64,000 nt of DNA from assembly GCF_009914755.1 (NCBI RefSeq), contig NC_060931.1; one strand, 5' to 3'. This DNA comes from the human T2T-CHM13v2.0 reference genome, Homo sapiens. The notes beneath the pieces were generated by a model that saw only the letters and a list, made by a program, of their open reading frames with translations, was not told the DNA's origin and ran no database searches. Below are positions 46,606 through 63,600 of this stretch, piece after piece. Each line of letters begins with the position of its first letter. The first letter of the stretch is position 1. The translations under genes and the position numbers were made by a program.

Positions 46606-48725
46606 TTAATTAGATAAACAAATGATTTTTGAGTTTAAGAAATGAGTTTATAACAAACTTGTTATAAAGGCTAATTTTAAGTCCTATAATGTGAAGCCAT
46701 GTTTAATTTGGCCAAAAGTAAAATAAAATCTTATTAAATAGATTATTTAAGAAATTAGGATTCTAAGATAATACTGTTATAAATTTACCTTGGTAATGTT
46801 CTTAATATTTGATTATTTATGTATGGATATTCAAGTATTCTGGATAGATATTTCTTTTAATAAGTCTTGACTCCTAAACCTGATTAACAGTTAACACTTT
46901 GAGGAAATGTACTCATCAAGATACTACTGAAGAAATAGATTTGAAGGTGTCTAAAGAAAACCTAAGTAGTAAGACTATGAATTGATTAATGCAGAGTACA
47001 TCTTGTGTGTTGATCCTCTCTCTCTTTCTCTCTTAACCCCTTCCTCCACAACCCTCACAGTTCCTTTTCTCTTCTGGAAGAGATGATTTTACATTAATTT
47101 TATCCCAGAAAAGTTAGAAATTAAACATATCCATAATATATGTTGCATCTCATTCACAATATGCTTTGATTTTATAGGTCCAATTCTTTTCTAAAAGTCT
47201 TCTGGCTAGTCCCAGCATTTCCAGGGAAGCTGAACAGGTGCAGCCGGAGGCTTGGAGCCACTATGGAAGCAGCACAGTTGATGCCTCAGAGGATCCAGAG
47301 AAAAGACCAGATAACTATAATTCAGCCTTCACCCATATTGTGTCTTTTTGATTTTGTCTGAGTATATATGCCGCACAACAAGCAGCTTATCTCTGAGATT
47401 CAAATAGTTACTGCAATTCCATTCTCTGTTTTTTTACTGTGAGGGATTTGGAGCCACATTTAGTCCTACATCACAGATACAGGACTCAAGAGTCAAAGTG
47501 CACAGAAATTTGAATTCCGATAAGAATACTCTGAGCCAGTTTATTCTGGGGTACATACTTCATTTTATGCTAGAACTCTGCAATCCTGATGAAAGAGGGC
47601 TTGCATTGCTCAACTAACTAACTCACCCGTCTCTCCTGCAGTATTAGAAACTACTTCTGTATGTACACGTTACAGTTTCTAGGAACTCCATTTTTGCAAG
47701 ACAGATAGGAGCCAGAAAATTTGTTCCTTCAACTGTATATCGCTAATTAAACATAAAATCAAATCAGCATTTTAGGTACTTGAATAACTAGTCTGTGCTT
47801 ACTTTTATTCATATGGAAGCAGTGTTTAAATTATTCTCTGATTGTAAACTCACTTATGTAAACCATTATACAGGAAAAAAATGAGTAATGAAGCAAAGTT
47901 CTGAAGCAGATCTATGTAAGCAAATTTCAATAACCTTCTTAAGAGAATATGACACTTAGTAGTGGTGAGGGACATTTTAAGCTTTTTCTATTTACAAGTT
48001 TTTTTTAAACGAGGGTGTTTCAAAGTAAATATTTGCTGTTACGTTATGCCACATGATATACTAATAAATGAATTAATGAAATTAACCTAAATATCCAGTA
48101 TTATTATTGAATATATAGCTACTAAAATTTTATATTCAAATATATCCAAGGACATGAGGAAATAAGGATTTAATTCTAAACAAAAAAAGAAGCTATGAAA
48201 TATATATAATTTAAGACTATAATTTTGTTAAAAATATGTTTATGTAAATGCGCTAAAAAAAGTTCTTTAAGAATATATGCCAAAATATTGACAATGGTTA
48301 TCCCCTGAGTGATTTTTATTTTCATCCTTAGGATTTTCTGTATTTTCTGTTTCACATTTTGAACATGTATACTTTTACAAGAAAATATGAACTAAAATTA
48401 AAAATTTTTAAACTCCTCAAGTTTCAATTTTTTTTTTCCAGGACATGCTATTCTTCTGGAAGATTCTTATCAGTCTTATTATTGTAAAAATGAACCAGAC
48501 TGTCTTTTCCATGCAAGTTGCTAGGGGCTGAGCTGGGTGTGACAGAGTTCCACTGTCTGAATCAATACTGGCATAACAGTATATCAATCTTTACTATTTA
48601 GATACATGCTAGTATGGGATATATAATGAATATCACTGCTTTATCTGAAGATACCATGTTTCATGTAGTATAACAAATATGTGGCATGGCAAAGATACAT
48701 ACTTAATATAAGACACCACTTTTTA

Positions 48726-49234
<509 letters not shown>

Positions 49235-49593
49235 CTAAAACAAATGACTGGGAAATGTCATTTGTTGGGCAGAAGATTTGGGTAGAAATCTTTGGCTTTC
49301 TACCCAAAATAGAAAACAGGAAACACTGAAAATTTTCTAAGAAAAGAAAATCCTGTTAATAAAATTATAGATTGCTATATATAAAAACACACTAGCTGGC
49401 TTGAATGAAAGAAAAGATTTAGTTAAAATGCCAACTAGGAAGGCTGAGAGGAACAAAAGGATGACACCCTTTTCAGCGTTTCTACACCACTGGAACATCT
49501 GAAAAGGTTCCATATTTTGCTCTTTTGAAAAGACCCAAATCCAAACCACTGCATTTCCACTGGGCTTTTTATTTAGCGCTGTGCATAATTTAC

Positions 49594-49850
49594 CTGAAGT
49601 TTTGTCTTCCATAAACATGTCAAAGGCGATCCTCCCGACAGGGCCGGCATCTGCAGGGGAGCGCTCATGCTGGGGTACTGGGGCGCTGCTGAAGGTGTCC
49701 AGCATAACGGTCCTTTGGTCAGCAGAGCCTGAGATGAGGACATTGTCAATGGCCCAGTCGTTCTGATCCAGGCCGTCATGTCTTGGCTGCCACCAGCGGA
49801 AGCGAGTGGCAATCTCTTTAGCATCAGGAGGGAGAAGGATATTCACAAAT
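49594..49850 (-). CDS. RELN: Reelin exon 50: [26 protein letters not shown]...RSPADAG...EDKTS (repeat 6/7 boundary)
   Basis: cctatag|A acceptor, CAG|gtaaat donor, 257 nt; matches ORF 49337-49846. Confidence 0.97.
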
Positions 49851-50634
49851 CTATAGGAAAATGATGGGGAAGGGTGTGGGGAAGAACCCTTGTCAAATAT
49901 CTTCTCTGAGTAAAAGATTTACAACCAGCCATAAGATAATGTATGTCACATGGTGGGTGAGGGAAGGACATAAGCTAAAATAATTTTCAAAAACCACGAT
50001 TAACTGGCTTAATTTTATGAAGTCTCAGTAGTCACTAAATTGGGGGAAATAGAATGTGAACAGATTCAAGTATCCCAGAACTCCCAATTGGTTCTGTCTC
50101 TGGGCAGGCTTTAGAGGGACTGCACAGTTTTTTGCATACCTGGTGGGTATCTGTAGGCCTAGAGTATATGCACTTTGGTAGACATAAGCCAATGCTGACT
50201 TTTTTCTGTCACCTAGTGCTTGGCTTCTTCTGCTTCCTTCCCTGGCACCTTGTTTTCACTCTGTTTCCATGAGTGCTGGCAAGTGACTTGGGGTATGGAC
50301 ACTGGATTGTGGGAGGACATTTGAGTTCTCAGCCTGAGGGTACCAGGTCCATTATCAGTTGTCTGTGGTGCAGACACTGACTTTGTTTATATGCTTTGTT
50401 GAAAATATTTAAAATTGTATATATTCATAGAAAATGTCATGTGAGAACCATGGGCTAGCAAGCCCAGCATGCTATCTATCCCTGTCTCACTCACCAGGGA
50501 CAGACATGGAAAAATGTGGCTCCATGCTCCAACAGAAAACTGAATTAGCTAGAAATAAGGTCTAAAATGCCCTTTAATCACAATTATACATGAAAACCCA
50601 GGAACATATCAACCTCTTGAATTTATATTCATAA

Positions 50635-51024
<390 letters not shown>

Positions 51025-52166
51025 TAATCTACCTCCCTTTAGAGGCATACCTCAAGGGATGCCTTTTCGTGTTTGCAGAACTCCAAGGCAAGACAACCAG
51101 TCCAAGTTCATCCCATGAAGCCCTTTAAACTGAGGGCTTCAGTGACAGTTTTAGTTCTTGTCTTTCACATTAAAGAGATTTCATTATATTAATTTTGTTT
51201 ATACAGTATCTCCATGTTGATTTTATTTTTCCTTCCTTTTTTTTTTCTGTCTTCCTTGAGGTAGAGTGGCCAGAACAGTAGGTAGTATTCCAGATGGAGG
51301 CCAACCAAGATTCATTCACAGGTAGGATGCTTTTAGCTGGATTTATACAACTTGAATTTTAAATACTTTTTTCTATTATGCCATCATTCTGTGCGCCCTT
51401 TGGGCCATGATAGCTTAATGGATCTTAGTCTTAGGGAAGAACAGTGTAGTCTAGAAAGTATCAATCTTAGACCCTCACCTGTGCGGGTACTGGCAGCTGG
51501 GAGACATCACCCTTTATGCAGAGTCTTTTCCGAAGTCTATTTCCTCATTTATGTCAATTTTGAAGCTCATCTGTCTTCCCTGCACCTTTTTTTTTTTTGG
51601 TATGCTTATCTTGTGAGATGTTCCTAACATTTACCTCTATTGGTTTGACATGTTTACATACTATCCGAAATCTGTCAGTTTCTGGGGGACACACAATCGC
51701 ACTTCTTCACACAGAGCAATGATCTTTTATCTCTATTTTTTCTTTCCTAATTCTAAATTAGTTTTTATTTTCTCTGATAAGTCTTTGACCACATTTTAAA
51801 AATCTCTGGAATGGAAATTTACCTAAGGCTACTTGAAAGTCTAAATAAATTATAACCACTTTTCCTACCTCAGTCAATTTGATTCCCCTTCAGAGAACTA
51901 AAGTAGATTAGACAGTTATGCTTTTACCCTACAGAAACATAACTCTCTTTTCCTTGCACTAACGTTATGCTGCTTAAGTGTTCAGGAACTCACACTTGAG
52001 GTCTTTATAAATTCCTCCATCAAGACCAAGGAAACAGTTTACTTGGCTTGTCTGTTATCTCCTACTAACAGTTGAGCACAGGGTACTCTGTACCACTTAG
52101 CTTCTAGTTGGATTCCTTTATTGGTGTCCAACTTTAATGCAAGTGGAAGATTTAAAAGTTTTGCTT

Positions 52167-52640
52167 GTGGCAAAAACTGCTGGTATTTCCTCAGTGGCCA
52201 TTCTCCCTTTCTTCCTTCCTAATAGGAGCCTTTTCATCCAAGTGACTGGTCGCCCAGAATAAAGACAGCATGTCCAGCCTTCCTTGCATCTGGGTGTGGC
52301 TATGTGGCTAAACTCAATAGCTAATGGAATATGAAAGGAAGTACGTGCAGCTGTTAGGAAATGTCCTTGAAGAGAGAGCACACCCTTCTCGCCCCAATCT
52401 CCTTCCTATGGACTGTAAAGTTGGGGAGCTAGTGGCCCTTTTGGACCATGAGATGAAAGTCACATGCTGAGTGGGGCAGAACAATAAGACAGGAGGAACC
52501 TGGGTCACTGGTGCTTGCGGAGCCACTACAGTAGTCCTGGAGTACTTTTTTTGGGGATGTAATTTACATAGGAGAGAGAGAAAAATTAAGTAATTTTGTC
52601 TTTCCTGCCATTGACAGCTGAACCTATTCTTAACTGATAT
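52167..52640. mobile_element. MLT1-family LTR relic
   Basis: ccagccttccttgcatctgggtgtggctatgtggctaa and terminal cagctgaacctattcttaactgatata. Confidence 0.65.
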
Positions 52641-52736
52641 ATTGAATTTAAATGATCATTTATAAGATTCTTTTTATTTTACTCAAATTTTAGCCTGTAT
52701 CTGGCTTGCATGCATTAAAGGATTATCTACGTTTCC

Positions 52737-53168
<432 letters not shown>

Positions 53169-53731
53169 TGAATATGCTATTTTCCTTCTTAACAACTCTT
53201 TGACATTTCTAATTGGTCATAATCATTGCTTTCGGCCCTTCAGTACTTTTTTTAAAATGACCCATACGTTGTGTTTATTCAAGGTTTTTAAATAAGGAGT
53301 TTAAAAATAATCTCTAGGCTTCTTAAGGATATTTACATTTTATTGTGTTTCTTTGCTTTCCAGTCCAAAATTCTCTAAAAACAGAGTGTACACTATATAA
53401 ATAAATATTTATTTTTCTGTTTCCATTTTCCCAAAGCATTGCTGAAATTAATTATACTAGTTAATTTCTGTGGGTTTTTGCACTGGGTTTATTCACCGTT
53501 GGCATTGTGGTAGAATATTTCATCTTATTCTGGGATGTGAAAACTAGTTGTTCTTAAAATAAAAACCCAAACCAGCTATTTATCCAGCTCAGAAACCCTT
53601 CTTCATTTCAGTCTCAGAGGCATCCTCTAGTGAGGCATAAGTCTGAGGTCCCCCTCAGTCTCCCGTGACTGATTGCTGGTAGCAATCTCTGCTCGATGTA
53701 CTCGTTATTAGATATCAAATCGAATACAAAC

Positions 53732-53925
53732 CCGGGCTTACTGTACTGGTCATAGAAAATCTCCATGAGCAGGTTCCAGGTAATGCCTCCATTGACAGAA
53801 TATTCCAAGAGAACACCTTGGTTACGGTTGTTTGGTGTAATCAGGCACCCATACATGAAGTAAAATTGGATGAACTCAGCATTAGTGAGGTTTAGATCCA
53901 CAGTGACTAATAATCGACTACAACC
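53732..53925 (-). CDS. RELN: Reelin exon 49: [27 protein letters not shown]...YSVNGGITW...YSKP(G)
   Basis: cttag|GGT acceptor, CGG|gtttgt donor, 194 nt. Confidence 0.97.
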
Positions 53926-53983
53926 CTAAGAAAAAGAAGTAAAATAAAAAAAAGTGATAAGGAATCTCGATTGCAGATTATAG

Positions 53984-54255
<272 letters not shown>

Positions 54256-54699
54256 TTCCATTCTTTTAATATTTATTTTGTGATACCAGCCACATAGTAT
54301 TGTGGCACTGATTTTCTTACCCTCTTTCTTACTATGCTAGCTCTTAGTATTTTGCCTAGTACACAGTAGGTACCCAGCACATGTTTGCTGAACTTTGAAA
54401 TTTCAGCATTCAAGACTTATTTACAGAGAACAATGTATTCCAAGATAATTTTCTGTTTTCTTTTTCCTTTTTTTTAATATGAATGTTTATTTGGGCCAAG
54501 GTTGAGTATCGCAGCCCAGGACACATTTCCAAGTTGCCTTGGCTGTTTTTTTTTCATAAGCAAGATGAGAGCTGGAACTAATATAACTGTCCTTTATTTT
54601 TATTAAACTATCTCCAGTTATTTTCAGACACTATTAGATTTTTAAAAATGAATCAACCACTAAGAAAATAGCATATTGAGATGACCATTTTATTATGAT

Positions 54700-54985
<286 letters not shown>

Positions 54986-55364
54986 TAGATGACTATTTTA
55001 ATATGAAATTTAAAAATAGCTACATCTGGAAATTTTATAATTATACAGATAATCTAATTACTGTAATGTTTTAAATTCACACTTTAGCAGAATTTAATGG
55101 CATCTGTATTAATTTCTTAATGTTGATATACGGATTTTTTTTAGTTGAACATATGTGAAAAACTCACTTTTAGTTCTAAGTGAGGAAAAGTATCCTGAAC
55201 ACTGCAGTCTTTCTCAGTGTTGCTGATTATAAAAAGCCTACATGCTATATGCCTTCTTGCTACTCGAGCTAAAATGTTGAATATAAATAATACACTTCAT
55301 TGGCACAAATGTAAACTCTAAGGTAGGGCATGCTAAGGAAATAAAGAGCTGGCAGTAAATTTGT

Positions 55365-55686
<322 letters not shown>

Positions 55687-56429
55687 AAATTTGTTATTTT
55701 AAAACATTAATTTGTCTATCTAATCATGGTATACAAGAAATTGTATTTTAAACAGAGTCGCCTTTGGCAGAAAAGTAGAGTGACTATAAAATTTCCCAAA
55801 GAAAGTTTCCAAGCTTGCTGCTGTCACTCACAAGATAATATGCTACACATACAAATATCTAGTAATTTCTAATAATTATTCTTTCCTGGACAACCTATAA
55901 AAATAATTCATTGTTCTTAATAAATTCAGGAACCATCACAGCTCATTTTCCAGATTTTTGGCTCCTTAAATCCAAAATCTGTTGCAAGCTCAGGAGTTGT
56001 CAATTAGAAGGGCTCCATGCAGATGGAAGATTGCACAAGTGCTCTTTTCCAAGATGAACATTCACTTACATTCTTTTGTAATATGTACTTAAATATGACC
56101 TGTGCTGACACTACCCTGAATAATTAAATAGTCTCAACTGATTTGTGGTAGAAAAATCCTGGGAATGATTAATATTTTCTGATTCCTTAGTATAAAGCAT
56201 AGCATAAAGTTATACTATATTTATTTTCTAATTACTTGGTATAAAGTATAGTATAAAGTTATCTTTATAGCATAAAGATTTGTATAAAGTTGCAAGTTCA
56301 GATCAGGGTTGTACATTTAGGGTAACTAACTCTGCATCTTGATTTGCCCATTAAACTTCAGAAGAGAGTCAACTATTTGGAAGGAACTTAAGAAGAGCAG
56401 AAATGAGTAACCAGCAGCCAAACACTCAC

Positions 56430-56607
56430 CCCACTGAAATGGAGAGCCATTCCCGACGCCACGGCTCCACACACTGTACTCAATTTCCCTCCGTTCACAG
56501 TCAGCCAGTTCTGACTGGATGGAGCTCGATTGAAGTTGTCTTTGAGTTGGGTTGGAAGAGAGGTCTCGGGGTCATCACAGTACAGGCCACCCCACTGTTC
56601 ATCACAG
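56430..56607 (-). CDS. RELN: Reelin exon 48: [26 protein letters not shown]...ALHFSG
   Basis: cccag|C acceptor, GGG|gtgagt donor, 178 nt. Confidence 0.97.
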
Positions 56608-57231
56608 CTGGGTGCAGAGCAAGAGAGAGGAAAAGTCAACATCAGACAAAGCCCCTGCAAGCTTGTTCTCAAATTAGTGAAGACTACTCTTTTCCTAGTC
56701 CAAGATGATGAAAAGTTACTGATTTTCAGAGAGCTTGCCAGAATACACCTGCTCTCCTTAACTGTACTTTAGGTTACAAATAATCTATGAATTAACTAAC
56801 TCTAACACTTCCTAAGGTAGTGATTCAGGGTTATAGGTGGAGAGAAAGAAGCAACTTCAAAGAATCTACTAAAGGCCCATCTCATATCACACAGCTCTGA
56901 AGGGCTGATAAACAATGGGAGCTGCCAAAGTAAACTGGTGGGTCCTAATAATTTACAAAATTAGTCTTTTTAACAGAGGCTTTGAGCCACTTAGGAATCC
57001 AAGGGGCCATGGTGCTAACAGCAGAAGATACTTTGGGCAATAACTGTCACTTCTTACCAAAAGACTGACTTCCCTGTTTAGGGTGGAAGGGCATATGAAT
57101 ATAGGACTGGGAAGCTCAGGGATCTCAAGGGTCGTCCTGGGTATGGGCTAAAATCATTAGCCAAAAAAAGACTTCCCAGGTGTATGGGGAAAGCATCTTC
57201 ATTCATACTTCCCCATTAAACAGCATAATCT

Positions 57232-57245
57232 CACACAGACACACA

Positions 57246-57277
<32 letters not shown>
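57232..57277. repeat. Interrupted (CA)n microsatellite
   Basis: Directly visible. Confidence 0.93.
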
Positions 57278-57280
<3 letters not shown>

Positions 57281-57816
57281 CCACACCTTCATTTAAATTA
57301 TTCCAAGTATACTGAGGTTCTCTAAGAGTAATACAATAGGCCTGTGCATCAAATACCTCTGGTAAATTGACCAGACATCTACATACTTTCTTAGGCAAAC
57401 AACATAGCAATATAAATTAAACAATGACAAGTGCATATCCTTACATATATTCAGACCTAAGTGAGAAAAATACTCATGATGTATTAGTTTTGGTCAGAAC
57501 TTACTGAACTCCTGAACCTTTTCTAATGTTCTTTTCAAGGCTCGAGTGTATCACAGAAACACAGAAGGAAATAAAATATAGTTAATTATAATTCATCTGT
57601 CTCCTGACAAGATAGCTATTGTTCAGTTCCTAATCTCTAAGCAAGAATGAAGATACAGTATCCATCAACTTCACAGTTAGCTCAAGATCATATTTCAGAA
57701 AAAAATGTATAACTTAAGGAAGCATGGGAGTGATTCAAAAACCAGTTACAGAAAAATCTCCTAGATGGAATGTGAATCAGGAGCTTTCAACAGAAGGAAG
57801 AAAAAAACCGACTTAC

Positions 57817-57957
57817 ACGCAGTTTCCCTGGATGCATCTCCCATGGCCACTGCACATGTCTATGCAGCCATCCCCGATATAGACATTATCTATTGCCCAT
57901 GTCTGCTGCTTGTCAAAAGGAGCTGGTTGATGCCAACGGAAACGAGTGGCTTGGGAC
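57817..57957 (-). CDS. RELN: Reelin exon 47: [46 protein letters not shown](V) (EGF of repeat 6)
   Basis: caaag|G acceptor, GT|gtaagt donor, 141 nt. Confidence 0.96.
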
Positions 57958-58107
57958 CTTTGAAGAAGATGAGAATTTTAATGAAGGATGCTGTGGAAAA
58001 GAAAATGTGTTCCAGTATGTTTGAACAAGTGCATGGAGAAGTGTAACACAAAAGCATGTACATTCCTACTTCTTTTCTGAAAAGAACATTCATTATTACA
58101 ATATTCT

Positions 58108-58405
58108 TCTTTTCTTTTTTTGAGATGGAGTCTTGCTCTGTCACCCGGGCTGGAACGCAGTGGCACCATCTCAGCTCACTGCAGCCTCCACTTCCTGGGT
58201 TCAAGCAATTCTGATGCCTCAGCCTCCCGAGTAGCTGGGATTATAGGCATGCACTACAACACCCAGTTAATTTTTGTATTTTAGGGGAGACAGAGTTTCA
58301 CCATGTTGGCCAGGCTGGTCTTGAACTCCTGACCTAAAGTGATCCTCCCACCTCAGCCTCCCAAAGTGCGGGGATTACAGGCATGAGCCACTGTGCCTGG
58401 CTGGC
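58108..58405 (-). mobile_element. AluS with 17-bp TSD
   Basis: TSD cattattacaatattct at 58091-58107 and 58406-58422. Confidence 0.93.
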
Positions 58406-59349
58406 CATTATTACAATATTCTACAGAAAACATTGTTTATAGTCAAACCAAACCAACCAAACTGTGATAGTTTGATCATACAATTTGGCCAAGTGATCTT
58501 CCTGAGCCTTGTAAAAAACAGACAGTCAGAAACAAAAACGAATCCTAAAACTGGAAGCCTCAGGGGAGCTGTGAGCCTTGGATTTCGTGTGGGAAGTACC
58601 ATGGAATGACACCAGAGCTGCTGCTAACTTGTAAGTGCAAAATCAGAAAAGATGACTATCTCCGAGCAGCCGCAAGCCCTCTGCATTTGGCTTGGGAACA
58701 GAACATGGGCTGGATTTCAGCTTCCCACTTGCTCCCTAATTGGACAGAGAAAATTGTACAGAGAAAAAAAAGAGAGAGCATAATAAATGAGACCAGACTT
58801 ATTTTACATTGATATAAAAGCGATATAAGTAAAGCTAAAACAGAGGTTCTCCCATTCCAGAAGCAGAAATATATTTGCTCATTCACGGAGTTCTGGAGAG
58901 TGTCTTGCTCAAAAATACAACACACGTGTTTTCAGAGGCACTAGATGGCAGTAAAATCCAAGCAATGAGGCTCAAGTGCATTGAACATGAAAAGACTTTT
59001 AGAGGAAACCATTTGTGTTTATTGATCCATATATGTTCTGTCATTAAGAGACCGTTAATCATTTGACTCAGGAATATCTGTTTAAGGCAGGACAAAAGAC
59101 CAAACAACAGGAAGGAGTTTGCATTTTCCAAATGAAAATATTTCTATAAAGTTTAGAAAATGGAGAAGAAACAGACTAGAACTAAAATCTTCACCTGAAA
59201 TGAAGAGGTCAGTCCAATACATGTCTGTTGAGCGTCTATGTACAAACTGGTTTCTCCATAATTTTGCTTGCTCCCCAGCTTTGGCATGTTCCCCCAGCAG
59301 AGTGATCTCTGCCTAATAAACTCCTGTCACTTTCTACTGCATTTTACCG

Positions 59350-59870
59350 AAACCCCTAGTCCCCTCCTTGGCCCACAAGGTCCTGCCTGAGATCCGCCTG
59401 AACCTGGGCCTCTGCTTCCCTCCCTCATCATGGTCACTCGCCTCTGGAGCACTGTTTCTCCCCTCAGGCGCCAAAGCACACCAAACTCATTCCCACCTTT
59501 CTGCCTACATATTCTCTTTCTCTGTCTCTGTCTCTCTCTCTTCCTCTCCCTCCCTTCCTCTCTCTCTTTCTGCCTGGTTAACCTCTGTGTGTCCTTCAGG
59601 TCTCAGAGGAAATGTCAGGTCCTCACAGAGAAATTTTCTTCCTGATCCCTTTTAAAATGATGTTTCTTCCATGCTATTCTCTCTCATAGCAAACTATTGT
59701 TTTCCTCTTATAGTATTTGTCACAGTTATAGTTATACATTTATTTGCATACATATTTGATACATGTCTGTCTCTTCCTTGAATGGTAAGTTATAAGAAGA
59801 GCAGGGTTGATTCCTTTTTGTTCAACATCGTAGACTTCATGGACAGCACCTAGAGCTTAGTGGGTGTTCT
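59350..59870 (+). mobile_element. L2 3' relic
   Basis: ctcagaggaaatgtcag, gtctgtctc, cagcacctagagc motifs. Confidence 0.5.
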
Positions 59871-61039
59871 AAACGTCCAGGAAGTTCGTATCCAGGGGCT
59901 TCCATTCTCACAGTAAGCAATGTGGAAATGCACTCACCCCTGTAAGCTGTGTAACTCAGCGGTTTTGCTGATAAATTATTTTTAATGACTAAATTTATCT
60001 AAATTTATTTACAGTTATGTCTGTTTATCTGCAGCAACAACTTATAATTAACATAGCGGAATACCATATTTCCATAGCACATAATTACTCGGAGCCAACA
60101 TTTATATATTCATTCTGTTTTTTTTTTTTTTAGACTATAAGCTTCTGAAGGGCAGAGAATATCTCTGTATCCCTTAGGGAATATTGGTTTGTATCCTCAG
60201 TGCTTATAGATAGTAGGTAAGTAATAAACTTTCTTTGTTCCCCTAATATCTTACACATACTTCACCAAAGCCCTCGTCACCTTGTATTAAAAGTGCCTAT
60301 TCATATGTAATTTCCTGTTATTTTCCTTATTTATCATTTTATTGTTGCTGGCACCTACAGATGGAGCTTCATAAACATTTGCTGAAACACTATTAAGTTG
60401 GTAGCAATAAAGATGCCCAGGAAGATCAAAACACCCTACAAGAGATGTCCTGTAGGGTAGATGGGCAGGGCCTGGTGTCAGCTGTGGAGGGGTGGTAATC
60501 TGATGGCTGTTGAAGGGGGCAGACAGCTTCCTGGCAGCCGAGAGGTGGCATGGGTTGCCTAGCAGGTGGTTGCTTTCTGAGCATTGGCTGTGTTTAATCA
60601 CAATGTGGGCAACCACTTAGAGAAACTGTATGGAAGATTTAAGAGCCAGATGCATTGTTGGAGTTGACAGCATTTATGGGGACTTCCAATGCTGACATTT
60701 TCAATTTGTGCAACTCTCTGGCATTTCAAAGAAGAGGAAACAGTAAGAAACTACATGAAAAATGTACTAACATGGGAGTTGGCCCCTCAGGAGCAAAGAT
60801 AAGTGAGGGCTTTCATTTGTACTCTGGCACTAGTAGGTTCTATGTCCACGGTGAGTAACTAAACATGTATAATAAGGGAGTTAAATGAGATGATTTTTAA
60901 GGCCCCTTCTTAGATGTGATGATTTCATATTCTTAGGAATAACTACACCTAGTAATTATGTACCCATCAAACAAGGATACACATACTATCCAATATTAAT
61001 TTGTAAGAAGAGGAAACATTTTCACTAAGAACTGGAATA

Positions 61040-61235
61040 TAAGTTAAAAATGAGAGTTTGGAAGTTGAATTGCCAGGACTTCTTATTCCCAGCCCTGTCA
61101 GAGCTCCACTGTGTGAAGGGGCTACATCACTTATGTTTATGTGCTGATGCTTCCCTGTCAGTAAACCAGGAAGATGCTACTTTCCGCCTCACAAGGGTGT
61201 TGTGAAAATTAATTAGTTCTTGTTTACCAAGAACT
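61040..61235 (+). mobile_element. MIR relic
   Basis: cctcacaagggtgttgtgaaaattaa core-like motif. Confidence 0.45.
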
Positions 61236-62196
61236 ACGAGTGTCTTGGTGGAGTTCCTCGGCAGGTGTTATCATTTATCTTTATAATGATGGCCACCATC
61301 AGCTGCTACTTCCCGGAGTTGGGGGAAAAATGGTCCCAGAGAAGATTTCTCATTTTTCCATATCCTTGAACTCTCTCCTCTTGGTTCTTTTGTGGAGTTA
61401 TACCATTTCTTTCCCATCTACAGTATGTAGTAAGTGTTACATCAGTTTTGTTTAATAGATATCCATTGCTAAGTAGTTAAAATATTACTGTTAATAGTAC
61501 GGTTCCCCTCACTGGTCTCCCAGGTATCTCTCCCTACACTACCTCCGCACCTTTTAACAGATTTCACTACACATTACAGAGTCTTCATTTTTGCTCTTTT
61601 CTTCAGAATGACTCTATCTACCTATGAAGTCCTCACTGTCGTCATCATCGTGAGAAAAAGCCCTTTGAAAGGAACATAATATTTTAAACCTCTTCATCCT
61701 TCCCTGAAATATCTTTTACTTCGAAAGAGATACATAAAATATTTAAGCCTAGAAAATCTAGCCTAACAATGCCATTCTACCGAAGACGACGATGACGCCC
61801 AGTGACCTAAGTCTCACACTGATTCACTAACAAAACTGAGACAAGGCAAGGATCTCTTGGTTCATGATTACTTTGTATTCTCATTAAGCAAACCTTTCAA
61901 AACTCCACTGCAACCTCCACAAAATCTTCCTACCCTTATCATTACCTGTAAATATGAACAGTTGTTAAGCTATGGGAGGCTGTATGTGTTGCAGCTATAT
62001 GTGTCTTGACTTCTGTGTCAGCTTCAGAGCTGAAGCCCCTGGCCCTCTGTGTTTGAGCAACAGACTCTGTGATGTCAGCCCATTTCAAAATGTGTGTCTA
62101 TTTGCCTTGCAAGCCAAGACCCTTCCTTTATGTTTTGCATAAAATTTCCTCCACTAGCCTATTTCTTTGTATTAACCTATCTTCTTTGACAAAGTT

Positions 62197-63252
<1,056 letters not shown>

Positions 63253-63279
63253 AATAAGCTTTTTTAAAGTAAAGAATAT

Positions 63280-63600
<321 letters not shown>

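Noticed and set aside
56190-56290. Degenerate ataaag repeats
   Set aside because: Low-complexity decayed repeat with no consistent period.
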